Of a stretch of 64,000 bases of DNA, positions 1-12,366 are shown in pieces. A program made the translations under genes and the position numbers. Each line of letters opens with the position of its first letter. Positions within the stretch are counted from its first letter, which is position 1. The notes under the pieces are model-generated. The model saw only the letters and a list, made by a program, of their open reading frames with translations. It was not told where the DNA came from and ran no database searches. Source of the DNA: Dipteris shenzhenensis (taxonomy: Eukaryota); NCBI GenBank assembly GCA_047967505.1, contig CM106538.1; one strand, written 5' to 3'.

Positions 1-1350
1 TTTATGTGAGAAAAATAGAGAAAGGCATTATGCTGCTTGTCATTTATGTTGATGATTTGATCATCATAGGTGATTATCCTTCACATGAAAATGCTATTGA
101 AGCAGAAGTTTGAGATGAAGGATTTGGGAGAGCCACATTACTTCTTAGGCATTGAGGTGATTAGATCCACAAGTGGGATATGGCTCTTGCAGAGGCAGTA
201 TGGATTGGACATGCTATCCAAATATGGGATGACAGGTTGTAAGCCTATTTCAATTCCTTTGGAGCAGAATGTGAAGTTGAGTGCAGATGCAAGTGAGGTT
301 CTGGAAGATCCTACTATGTACATATGCATAGTAGGAAGTTTGATTTATATGACTATTACCAAGCCAAATTTGAGCTATGCTATTGCATTGGTAAGTCAGT
401 TTATGCAGGCTCCAAGGAAACTGCATTTGGATGCGGCTAGATGCATACTGAGGTATGTGAAGTCCACATTGCAGTATGGACTATTTTTTGATACTGGGGT
501 TCAAAGACAGTTGCATGGATACATTGATGCTGATTGGGCTGGTAGAATTTCTGATAGACGATCTACAAGTGGATATATGTTCTCTTTTGGAAGTGCTGCA
601 GTCACTTGGAGCAGTAAGAAATAGTCTACAGTTGCCTTATCGAGCACAGAGGCTGAGTACAGGGGTGCAGCAATGGTTGCATGTGAGGCAGCTTGGTTGC
701 ATAAGCTACTTTATGATATGCATCAGTCTATAGGTGGGCCAGTTGTCATTTATTGCAACAAGATGAACAGTATACACTTGGCAAATAACCCAGTCTATCC
801 TGCTAGAACAAAGCACATTGAGGTGCATTATCACTATGTGCGGGAGAAGCTTCTAGTAGGTTTTATTGATCTAGTTTATGTAAGCACAGAGGATCAGGTA
901 GCTGACATATTCACAGAGGAATTGGGCGTAGAGAAGCTGTGCAAGTTTAGAGATGTGCTTGGTGTGGAAGAATTGGAATTGAGCTCGAGGGGAGGTGTTG
1001 AGATATCGAGCTCCACTTGTGATATGCCAAGGTGATCGTTGTGCATTTATGTCACCGACTTGTTAGCTGTAGATGCGGTTGGTACACCACCCATGAATAA
1101 TAGCTGGATGACAGCTATCTTTATGTACTCTAGTTAGTGGCTCAGTTAGTATGCCACCTTAGTTAGGTGAGTTTGGTTTGAGACCCATATATAGGGTTAA
1201 TCTATTCTTTTGTACTAAGAAAGTTTTTTTGGCTTTCACAACTAAGAAGAGGAAAACTGTTTTCAGCCTCCACCTTTGTGTGTATTCCCCCATTGTGTAT
1301 GTCAAAACGCTACAAGTGAGACTCCTTACTTCTGTCCCACTTTCTTTACA
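1..1350 (+). mobile_element. Ty1/Copia LTR retrotransposon, family A copy 1 (3' part: RT end, RNase H, PPT, 3' LTR); degenerate
   Basis: YVDDL, FEMKDLG, DADWAG and ARTKHIEVHYHYVRE motifs with in-frame stops; polypurine tract at ~987-995; LTR TGTTGAGAT...TTTACA at 996-1350, homologous to LTRs at 16883, 21984, 56825 and 62366. Confidence 0.95.
996..1350 (+). repeat. 3' LTR of Copia family A copy 1 (355 bp)
   Basis: TG...CA ends, immediately after the PPT, aligns with four other LTRs in the window. Confidence 0.93.
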
Positions 1351-3660
1351 ATCACATGCTCAATTAAGACACCAACTCGAACATAGAAAACACCTAGATT
1401 AAGTGAAAGACTTGCTTGTTTGCAATGTTCAAACACTTTTTCCAAAAACCATAGATGATCTTTACTTGTAGAATACACATTGAAATCATCCAAATAAGTT
1501 GCTATAAACTCAGTCAGATAGTCCCAGAAAGGTTTTATCATGAACTTATGAACTATTAATTGCGCATTTCTCAACCCAAAAGGCATAACTTGAGTTGCAT
1601 AAGCACCCCACTCTGTGATAAATGTAGTATTAGATTGATCTTTCGGAGCTACAATGATTTGATTATAGCCACTGTAACCATCCATAAATCATGTCCTACA
1701 ACCTGATCTAAGATCCCATGTAAAAATGGTATTGAAAATGGGCTAGGAATAGTTTGAGCATTTAATTTCTAGTAATCCACACATACTTGGAGTTTTACAT
1801 TTTTCTTCAGCACTACCACAATAAGAAATAACCAATCACTGTGGTCAATAGCATAAATGAATATGAAGAAGTTGATCCAATTCAACTTGGCATAATTCAA
1901 ATTCATTCTATATCTATGTTGATAGATTGGTTTGGCATCTGGTACCAAAGGAATACTCAGGAGGAACTCCCAAAAGATAAGTGTAATTCCAAGTAAAAAC
2001 ATCTTTGTACCTGGTGAAAAGTTTTGATGACTTGGAGTTGCTCAATCGAAAGATTGGTAGCTACCACAACAGTTGTAGGCTTTTCATCCATGCCAAGGTA
2101 AAGTTCTTATGTCAGCCCAAGAACTAACTGATCAATTTTGAGTCATGTAATAGTGGCTAGTGTCTCTGCCTTCTCTTTCCCTTCAATATCTTTAGTGAAG
2201 TTGCTTGGAAATAGATCTTTTCATCTTGCAATTTGCTCGGTCTTTAATTGCTTGATATCAATAGACACTTGAAAACTATCAATTTCATCGATAGGAAGGA
2301 TCTACAATTCCATCAAGTGTGACTCCATATCTTGAGAAAATGGGTCTGTAACTTCCAAAATCCTTAGGCCAATAGGAATGCACACTTTTGTGCTATCAGT
2401 TTGATGATCATTTCCTCTAATCCCCAAGTGTGCAGCACCTTAGCATGCTTATTAAGCCAAGAACATCCCAACAAAATAGGCAAGTCAATGCCAATGAGAC
2501 TAACTATGTAATGAATACCTTTTAAAAAAATATCAACATCTTGTAGCATACCTTTTGGTTCAACTAGTCGTTGACTTGCCATTCCTACTCGGAAAGGAGA
2601 TGGCTTGGATGTCTTAAACTTTAGTTGTTTTACAATATCTTTAGAATTAATATTAAATATTGAACCACCATCCACGATCACATCTAGTATAATATGTTTC
2701 TTGACTTTGATGATGATGATTGGTACTTATTCATCCACTGTAGGTGTGTCGATGACGAGAATGGTAACTAAAGAGTCTTCTTCCTTTGGGTGTTCTTCAG
2801 ATTCTTTGATTTGCTTGGTGAAAATTCCATGGCAATACAGAGCTATTCGCATCAATCCATCAATGTAAGGATTATATTCATGCTCTTGAATATTTCCCAT
2901 GCTCAAGCTAGATCTATGGTAGAAATTGATGGAGTACTCGGTTCTTGATCCATACTTTTGTTCGTTGGACTTTGAGGACTCACCTGGTTTAGTTGTAAAA
3001 AGTGGTTGGGACTGCCCTCCTCCAATTCTCTAACAATTTTGGTAGCTACCTCCTTTTGTGTTTTCCAATTAATATGTTTGGCTGATGAAACACTATTTGT
3101 AGAGGTTGCCTCTAGACCCTTTGACTTGGTGATCACTCGAGCCTCTACTGTGTCTAGTAGCTTGGCTCCAACTGCTTGACACTTTGGATCTATTTCCTTA
3201 CATTCCATATTGGTTTCAAGAAATTTCAATTGCTCATCCCAAACTGGACATTTAGAATGAAGATGATTCTCTCCACAATAGAAACATCGGATCTTTGAAG
3301 GAGCTGTATTCTTTTCCTTGCCATTCTTGCCTTTGTCTGTACTACTTTGCTCGGAGCGTGGTAGTTTACCACTTGTGGGCTGAGTGTTAGTTGTCACCTT
3401 GTTGGCAGATACTTGGCAACTTTTGCAATTGAACCAATAACTTAGTGTAGGTGTTGCAATACTTGGTTTTTCAATCTTCTTTATGGTGTCATTCCTAGAA
3501 CACTTATTGCACCATTTCTCATTACTGCTTGGATTCCCTTGCATGCACCCTTTTTAGCTCAAACTTGAGCTTATCCTTCTTTGCTAGTGTGTCTTCAGTG
3601 TCACTGGCTACATCTTTCTTCTTTTCCTTGCCCTTAAGGCCTTCACTTTTTCCAAAGATA
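1351..3660 (-). mobile_element. Ty3/Gypsy gag-protease-RT fragment, degenerate, interrupted in RT by Copia A copy 1
   Basis: Zinc knuckle CFYCGENHLHSKC (2903-3544), protease IVDGGS (2364-2681), RT motifs VCVDY, DGYSGYNQI, MPFGLRNA, YLDD (1351-2002). Confidence 0.9.
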
Positions 3661-3684
3661 TAGCTCGGTCAAGAAATTCCTCAA

Positions 3685-5242
3685 ATGCATAAGAAAGACT
3701 ATCCATTCTACTTCATCAGTCGACAACTCAATGATGCAGAGATCAACTATACCACTACAGAAAGAGAAGCCCTAGCAATGCTATATAGTATAAAGAAATT
3801 TCGGCACTATCTCCTGGCAAATGATTTTGTCTTCTACACTGACCATCAAGCATTGCTTTATCTTGTGAACCGTTCGTGTACAATAGAAAGAATAACCAGA
3901 TGGCTCCTCTTGCTTCAAGAATTCAACTTCAAAATAGTGGTCTGCAAAGGTGTCCAACACTACATTGCCGATCATGTCTCATGTCAAGTTGGGAGAAGAA
4001 GCCACTAGAGTAGAAGATGACTTACCAGATGCCACACTATTTCAAATAGATGCTATTCTAGAGTGGTGTGGAGATATCATTGGGTACTTAATGACAAGAA
4101 GACCACCCCTGAAATGAAAGCAGTAGATGACAAAAAACTAATTCTAAAGGCTGCACCCTATCAACTTATTACAGGACATCTATATAAGGTGGGCAAGGAC
4201 CAGGTATTAAGAAGATGTGTAATGCCTCATGAGATCATGCCAATCCTGAGTGAAGTCCATGAAGGCATTGTAGGAGGACACTTTCAAGGGGAAGCCACAA
4301 TAAAAAAAGTTCTCCTCGCAGGCTACTAGTAGCCAACACTATGGGCAGATGCCTATGAATATGTAAAAGGCCGTGATGTATGCCAACAAACTAGTAAACC
4401 ACAACACAAAGACTTCAATCCCCTAACAATAGTTGTTGCACAAAAACATTTGAAAAATGGGGGATTGACTATGTGGGTCCCATCCATCCAGCAGCAAAAG
4501 GGACATAGGCACGCTACATCATTGTGGCCACTGATTACTTTACAAATTGGGTTGAAGCTAAAGCAGTCAAAAAGGCAGATGTCAGAAGCACACCAAGATC
4601 CTTATACAAAAATGTGATCACTTGATTTGGATGCCCCATTGAAATTTTGTCGGATAGAGGCACATATTTTTTCAATGAGGTAATCCAAGAACTCTTGTCT
4701 AGCTTTATGGTAATCCATAGAAAAAGCACACCCTACTAACCCCCAGGGAATGCACAGGCTGAATCCACCAACAAAATAATATGCATTATCCTCACGAAGG
4801 TAGTAGAACCACATAATTTTGATTGGGCCGAGAAACTGAATTAGCCTTATGGGCATACAGAACCACACTCAAGGTCAGTACAAGGAACACACCTTTTGAA
4901 TTGGTGTACGGCCTTGAAGCTATGGTCCCACTAGAATTTGTAATACCAAGCCTATGCATAGCAGTACTGGAATACATGGGAGACCATGAATCCTTGAAAG
5001 AAAGACTCTATCACTTGGACAAGCATACAGAAATAAGACTAGTCACCTACCATGCCATGACAATAGAAGAACGTAGAAGAAAGGCATGGTTTGACAGAAA
5101 TCTTAAAGCTAAAGACATCAAGGAAGGTGACTTGTTCCTGTTATACAATGCCAAAGTACACAAGGGGATACTGAAGTATAGATCTAGGTCAAGGACCCTA
5201 TCGAGTAAGAAAGATGAATCCCATCGGAGCACTGCTAACTAA
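3685..5242 (+). mobile_element. Ty3/Gypsy RNase H-integrase fragment, degenerate
   Basis: SRQLNDAEINYTTTEREAL, FRHYLL, TDHQAL; integrase HEGIVGGHF, WGIDYVGP, DYFTNWVEA, ALWAYRT, TPFELVYG. Confidence 0.9.
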
Positions 5243-5714
5243 AGCACTACTACTTCAACATGCAAGCCACCCCCCAAAAAAACAAAGATTTGGGAAACCA
5301 AGTCTTCCTTAGTTGAGATTAGATTGTATCAGGAGCACTCACTAGCATATGCATGTTTTTGCACATATAGTTTGCACTAGATTGTTACACACACACTCAC
5401 TGGCATATGCACGTTTTTGCACATTTAGGAAGACCTAATCAATTTTGTATTAGGGATGATTGAGTCTTAGTTTCCCTATTAAATCCCACAAATAAGCATA
5501 TAGTTAGACACATCACGTGCACTGACACAATTTTGCATAAGCACATAATAGATTGCATCACTAATAGTATCACACACTTTCATTCCATACTCTCAAAGCA
5601 TGCAATGAATTCACAAGCAGGATAAGAAGCTATGCCAAAACTCAAGATGAATTGGCAAAAGAGTCTGCAGCCTCAACAACAAGACCCCGGCCAAACATCA
5701 CAGTCATCTACTAT

Positions 5715-7740
5715 ATGCAAAAATATCAGACTTGCATACAAACTTATCTACAAGCTCAACGATACGGGTGCAATCACTCCTATCTTGTTGAATGTCACCT
5801 CATGGTCAAGGTCACTTATGGAAGCAATTGATAGCGAATTTCTCTTGATTTGTGGAACATACAACACATTAGATAGTTTCTTAACATTTCCATTTTAGAT
5901 AGTTTATTAACATCTCCATTTACAGAACAAATGAAACCGTACCTATACCCTCAACAGGGCATTTTGGGTTATTACCAACCATCACGGTGATGGGTTCCTA
6001 TAGAGGCTGCATGGAACAATATAGATGCTTCTTGCAGGTTATGTGACAGGAGGCACCACTATCCAACACCCATGGATCCGTGGTTGAAGCTTCTTGAATT
6101 GAGGAACACTCTTCCTCAATGGCCAAAAATAGATCCAACTCTGCTTCTGCTGTGTTAGCTGATTCTTTCCACTTATCTATCCTCTTCAGGGTACCATTTT
6201 TTTCATTTTCTTTCTTAACCTGGCAATCTGCAATCACATGGCCCTTCTTCTTGTAGTAGAAGCATTCTCCCTGAAAATTCTTCTTGCCACCCTTCTTCTT
6301 TTTGTCACCACTAGTAGAGGACTCACCTTTGCTGGAGGAACCACCTTTGCCTTTCGCAATGGCAGAGAATGCAGCATCCCCATTGCCGCCTCCATCTCGA
6401 GCTTTAAGCCTCAATTCCTCTGGCATAAGTAAAGCACAAAACTCCTCAAATGACAATGGTTGGTGTCTCACCTGAGTGCTAAGCGATGTTACCAGTCCAT
6501 CAGACCTTGGTGGACATACCCGGAGACACTGCCAAGCTAGCTCTTCGCTAGTCTTTTGTATCCCAGCACCAACCATCTAGTCACGCAGATTTTTGATTCG
6601 GGTTATGAATGCCTCCACTGTCTCTCCTTTATTAAACTTCTCAGCTGCGAGCTAATTCTCTAGGTTCTAGAAGCTTGTCTGATTCCATGTCTCATACTAA
6701 CTCTTCAATATGTTCCAGGCCACAGTTGCCTTATAGATGTATGCTGAATTAAGGTCAAAACACTATTAGTAGTACTTGTAACCAGGGCACATAGAGCATC
6801 TACATTCCTACGTTTCCAAGCTCATAGAAGGTTGGCATTAGGAGGTATTGTACTCCTCAAATTTGTTGGGTCGGGGGTTCCTTCTGGTTTTGGGTCCATC
6901 CCCAGTACTATCTCCAGAAGCTCATATGAATCCAGAATAGCAGTAATTTTAAACTTCCACAGAGTGTAGTTTGTACCACCTACTTGCCTTTAGTGAAGGC
7001 TGGTGGGCAAGTCCACGCCTGGATTATTGGTGAAGCTATTGCAGCTCTAGCTGTTGAACTCGAGCCGCATCCCGTTGCCATCACTCCACATGCTATTGAA
7101 GCCCTCGCCTCTCTTCTATTCTTCGATCCTTAGTGCCGATACCATGTTGAATTACACGGTGTAGCGGAATAAAAACTGAACAAAGAATAGAGAGTACACA
7201 ACAAACTAGAGATGAACAAAATTTTTCTTCAATACTGATGTAGTACAGATGATGGCTCCGTCCATCCGTGTGCTCCCACATTGGAGCTTAGATGGTGATC
7301 TAGACAGATACTAGGTCAAGAGCTACTAGCTAGAAGATCTCTGCTAGAAGATCTCATCTAGTACAATGGACTAGGAAGGTCGCCTCTTTATAGCTATGAG
7401 GGCGGTAGTCGGATCAACGTAGTTGGTGGAACCGACCAATCAACCTAGTCGGTGGAACCGACTAGTTGTCCATGGAATATTTATACCGTCGCCTATCAAA
7501 ACAATGTGCCTCATTGTGCTACTAGCCTTACCTACCCTACCTAGCCCATAGGATAGACTCACATAGATCACCTTTATACCATCAACGGTCTCATTGATAG
7601 ACCTCATCTGACATGCAAGTCAGCATCCATCTAGTGTCCCGGGCTCACACATGGCTTCTCCTCATATGGGGGCCTTACACCTTGAGCACCTTGGACCACT
7701 GGTGGTTACCAGGAGGGTGGGGCATTGAGCATATCTAACA
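5715..7740 (-). mobile_element. Ty1/Copia family B, 5' half (5' LTR 7145-7740, degenerate PBS, gag, zinc knuckle, protease)
   Basis: LTR is the reverse complement of LTRs at 10742, 23808 and 32817; TGGTATC follows it on the minus strand; ORF 5998-6576 has CFYYKKKGHVIADC and WVLDSGASCH; left boundary approximate. Confidence 0.9.
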
Positions 7741-7779
7741 AGATGCACCCAAGTAGACTTGTGCAAGATAAATTTTATG

Positions 7780-9300
7780 GAGAGATCCAAGATTGTGAAT
7801 TGAAGGAAAAAGTGGACTCCTGCGACCTTTGTGGACATGCCATTTACTATTCCCAAGGGTTTAGCCCGTGAATCATCGGCAAGGCATATGTTGAAATTAG
7901 CCTTTTGAATTGGTGGGAGACCCCATTCTTCATAGAGCTCCTTTGATAGGACATTTACACCTGCTCCACCATCCACTATGGTTTGGACTTCATTATATGC
8001 CTTGTGGATCAAAGGCACAGTAATGTTGCGTATGTCATCTCTCTCACCCATTTGTACAGGGATATCTTTGATGTCATTCATAGGTGGAGAGGGATTTGTG
8101 AGTTCAATCCATCCTTTGAAACTCTCCCAAAGATTGGGACGATTTTGTAGGAGGATTCCGATGGGAATTGACATAGGGCAACTCAGGATGCTAGAGAGTA
8201 CAACTCCTTCAAGTTGACGTGGCAGTACATTATGTTGTGGAGTCTGTTGTTGGAACAGAGACTCAAGTATAGTATCAATACTTTGTGGGGCCAAGTCATG
8301 GATTGGGTCTTGAGCTTGTTTCTCAACCTCAAATTGAGCTTGTTTCTTAGCCACAAATTGAGCTTGTTCCTTTTGTACCCATTGTTGAAGTGCCTGAAAA
8401 CGAGCCTTCTCCACCTCTGCATTTGGGTATGGAGCTTCTTTTATTTGAGGCTCGGGAGTTGATGTGGATGAGCTCGGCTGCTCATTGCTTAGCGGAGGTG
8501 GAGGCACTTGTGCTTTCTTTTTAAGAAGTCACTTTGGTTGGATTGGAATGTTAGGGTCCTTGATGGCCTCTTTCTGTTGGTGTGTAATTACATTTACACG
8601 TTGTGATATTACACTTGTCGGACCCAGACTTTGATGGTCCACTCCAATGATGCCGATTGGGACGTCAAGCTTAACCTCTGTCTATTGTGGGACCTTATTT
8701 TTGATGGGACAATCCATATAGGCATGTCCTATGCCACAATCTCTGTAGAGTGGTTGGAAAGTAGCAGGGCTACCACGATGAGGGAACTCTGCGATCTGGT
8801 GATTTTCTCCACAACTGTAGCACTTAATTGGTGCTCGATATGTGTTGGGACATACTTGATTTGTATAAACTGGTATTAGACCCTCTGTAGCTTCTACATA
8901 GTACACTGGGTACTTTTCTTCATACTCAAATGGTGAGTCTACTTCCTCGGCTTGTAATTGATGTATTGGAACTGCTCGAGGAGTTGGATTTGGTGCTCTT
9001 GGATATGGTCGTGGATTCAGATTCCTGAGTAGTTGTGGGACTTGTGTCTAAATGGGAATAGGATTTAGCCTCAGAGCTAGGGGCGCTTGTACAAGTCCCG
9101 ATTGCTTGTACACTGGCATGGGTGCCGCTTGGTATTGTTGAGATCGAGGCGGGTTGTTGTGCATGTTGAAGATGCAACTTTTTTCATCATGCCCGCCGAT
9201 GATGCAGATATGGCACCACAACCTTGGCAGTGGATTTTCTTGTGCAGTGATCCTGGCTCTTAGGACCGGGCACTCATTTGTTGTATGATTGGCTATGCAG
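7780..9300 (-). mobile_element. Ty3/Gypsy gag-protease fragment, degenerate
   Basis: Knuckle-like CHICIIGGHDEKSC and CYSCGENHQ; aspartic protease IVDGGAGVNVL...LADDSRAKPLG. Confidence 0.8.
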
Positions 9301-9599
9301 TGTGGAGGCGAGGGTAGGAGGGGCGGATGGAGGTGGCGTGGAGGCGAGGTGTGCTGGGGCATGGGGTGGGAAGATGGAGTTAGGGCAGGATGCCGCAGAG
9401 GAGTGGAGGCAGGTGACGCAGGGGAGGCGAGGCACGGGGTGGGTGTTGCATTGCCCTGGGCGGGCATTATGCACGAGCATTGCCTTGCCGATGGGTGTTG
9501 TTACAAGCGCTGCTACAATTAGCACAGCTACAGCAAGGGCTTAGGCCCTTGCTATTATATTAGTTTATTAGGTAGTTTAGGGGAGGAGCAGCCGGTGAG

Positions 9600-9677
9600 G
9601 GGGGGTAGAGAGAGAGAGAGAAGAGAGAGGGGGACCTAGAGAGAGAGAGGGGGGAGGGAAAGAGAGAGAGAGAGGGG

Positions 9678-9737
<60 letters not shown>

Positions 9738-9754
9738 AAGAGAGACAGAGGGGG

Positions 9755-9788
<34 letters not shown>

Positions 9789-9817
9789 GGAGGGGGAGGT
9801 AAGAGAGAGGGAGAGGG

Positions 9818-9873
<56 letters not shown>

Positions 9874-9902
9874 GAGGGAAAGAGAGAGAGAGAGAGGGGG
9901 GG

Positions 9903-9988
<86 letters not shown>

Positions 9989-10035
9989 GGTATAGTAGAG
10001 AGAGGGGGAGAAAAGAGAGAGAAAGAGGGGGGGGG
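9600..10035. repeat. Compound (GA)n/polypurine microsatellite
   Basis: About 430 bp of almost pure purine on the + strand. Confidence 0.97.
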
Positions 10036-10552
10036 AAGGATGGGCTCGAAGTAACTTACCGTGTGAGGATGGGAGTAGGGTGGTGGTTGTTGTTGAGGAT
10101 GAATGGACAGTGGGTGGATGACTAGGTTATTGCTGTGTGAGATGGGCTCAAAGTAACTCACCATGTGAGGATGGGACTAGGGTGGTGGTCGATGGAGAGG
10201 GAGGAGTGTCTTGCGTAGGGCTCGGAATGGGGAAGAGGATGGAGGCAAGATGTGAAAGAAAAAGTATGAGAGGGATGGGTGCTCTTTTATAGGGAAGGAG
10301 GAGAGCTGTGGGTTTAGTCAAAGATATGTGCACCTTTGAATTTGTCCACTTTTGAGTAGTCAAATACATGTGCAGCTTTGAATTTGTCACGTTTGACTAG
10401 GGAGGTGGTTTTAATTTTTCTTTTGGGTTATGTTGTTTTGAACCTTTAATCATCGATTGCCCATAACTTTTGGTGGTTGTGTCAAAATGTGCTTCCATAA
10501 AAAGGAAAAATGTTCAAAATTTCAAGCTCTACACTCTGACAACCATCACATG

Positions 10553-11360
10553 GTCAATATCACTATGTGCATGATTTGATTGAGGATGCATGATAGTGGA
10601 AATGGTCTACTATCCAACAGAGCAAAATGGAGCAGATATCTTCACCAAGACACTCGGGAAGGATCAGCTTCAGGGTCATCTTCAGAGACTTGGCATTGGG
10701 CCAAGAAAGTAGTCCACCTATGGGTGGACATTGAGGGGGTGTGTTAGATATGCTCAATGCCCCACCCTCCTAGTAACCACCAGTGGTCCAAGGTGCTCCA
10801 GTTGTAAGGCCCCCATATGAGGAGAAGCCATGTGTGAGCCCAGGACACTGGGATGGATCCTGACTTGCATGTCAGATGAGGTCTATCAATGAGATCGTTG
10901 ATGGTAGAAAGGTGATCTATATGAGTCTAGCCTATGGGCTAGGCAGGGTAGGTAAGCTGGTAGCACAACGAGGCACATTGTCTTGATTGTGTGGGAGCCC
11001 CTTACTCTTGCTGGGGCCTGGAATATTCCATGGATGACTAGTCGGTTCCACCGACTAGGTTGACTGTGGTCGGTTCCACCAACTACGTTGATCCAACTAC
11101 CGCCCTCATAGCTATAAAGAAGCGACCTTCCTAGTCCATTGTGCTAGATCACATATTCCAGCAGAGATCTTCCAGCTAGTAGCTCTTCACCTAGTATCTG
11201 TCTAGATCACCATCTAAGCTCCACTGTGGAAGTGCACGGGTGGACAAAGCCATCATCTGTACTACATCAGTATTGAAGGAAAATTTTGTTCATCTCTAGT
11301 TTGCTATGTACTCTCTATTCTTTTTTCAGTTTCTGTTCCGCTGTGCCGTGTAATTTAACA
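10553..11360 (+). mobile_element. Ty1/Copia family B, 3' end (RNase H tail, PPT, 3' LTR 10742-11360)
   Basis: QYHYVH...ADIFTKTLG; GAGGGGGTG PPT; LTR TGTTAGATATG...ATTTAACA. Confidence 0.9.
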
Positions 11361-11565
11361 CATCCCATAACCAACTAGGCTCTCATGGACTTGCCACTTG
11401 GCATAGTAGTCAATTGGTTGATAAGAGCCTGCATCCAAAGCACAACGTCTTGGACTGACTCACCCTTCTTTTGTTTTAGTTTGCTAAGCTTGGTGTCAGA
11501 TATTCCTCATTAACTTTTTGTCTGAACCAATGTAAGATGCTTTAGACATATCATAACCACTGAGA

Positions 11566-11723
11566 AAATACCAATGGGAAATTGGTTGAACCATCTCTAT
11601 GCATTTTTTATCAAGATACATGAAAAATAGTCCATATCTGTCAAATACCAATGGGAAATTGGTTGGACCATCACTATGCATTTTTTATCAAGGTACATGA
11701 AAAATAGTCCATATTTGTCAAAT
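11566..11723. repeat. Tandem duplication of about 77 bp
   Basis: AAATACCAATGGGAAATTGGTTG...AGTCCATAT recurs at 11566 and 11643. Confidence 0.85.
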
Positions 11724-12194
11724 TGATGTGCATGAATGAAGAGGGGATATAGAACAAATCCACCTCTACATGTCATGAAGGGGAGAAACATAAAATTTTG
11801 ACACGTTGTTATGCATGCACCCTATTTTGTAGTGGCCTTTCATCACACTCCCGTTTGACGGTGCATATTCAATACGAATGACACATGGACTAGGATTTCC
11901 CCACACTCCCATGTACACAAATAACATGAAAAATTATTTTCCCTTTGCCAAGAGGAACCATCACTAATGCCTTCCCCATGTGGTAGGCCAAAAGTTGGCT
12001 CAAGGCCCAATATTGTTTCCAATCCCTTATTATATTAGCAATAAAATTGTGTTGGGTCTAAAAATTCTTTACATCCCAAAAAATATATCAAATGCATAGA
12101 TGACATTTGATGTAGGAATGCTACTTAGCACTATACATGGATTTTGCTTTGCAAATTTACACTAGGACACAATCCAAATCCCTAAATTATGCAT

Positions 12195-12366
12195 TCCAAA
12201 GTTTCAACAAAGGACTACCTATGGAATAAGTGTTGAGGATGGTGTAAATTACACCATACCTTAAGGACATTAAGGGAAAACCCTAACCCTAATGGGTTCT
12301 CATGTGTATATTCATGATTATGGTTCAATACAACATAGTGTATAGAAGTTATATCGTGTGCACTCC
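12195..12366 (+). repeat. LTR-like repeat family C fragment, split by the LINE and resuming at ~22690
   Basis: Near-identical to 22948-23125; an inverted partial copy lies at ~30452-30598. Confidence 0.75.

Noticed and set aside
1178-1402. Recurrent small ORF MRP.YRV.LFFCTK (also 17059, 22166, 57007, 62567)
   Set aside because: Lies within the Copia A LTR, starts at TTG, and recurs only because the LTR does
9577-10164. 195-aa Leu/Ser-rich ORF (likewise ORFs at 49407-49726)
   Set aside because: Translation of (GA)n/(CT)n microsatellite
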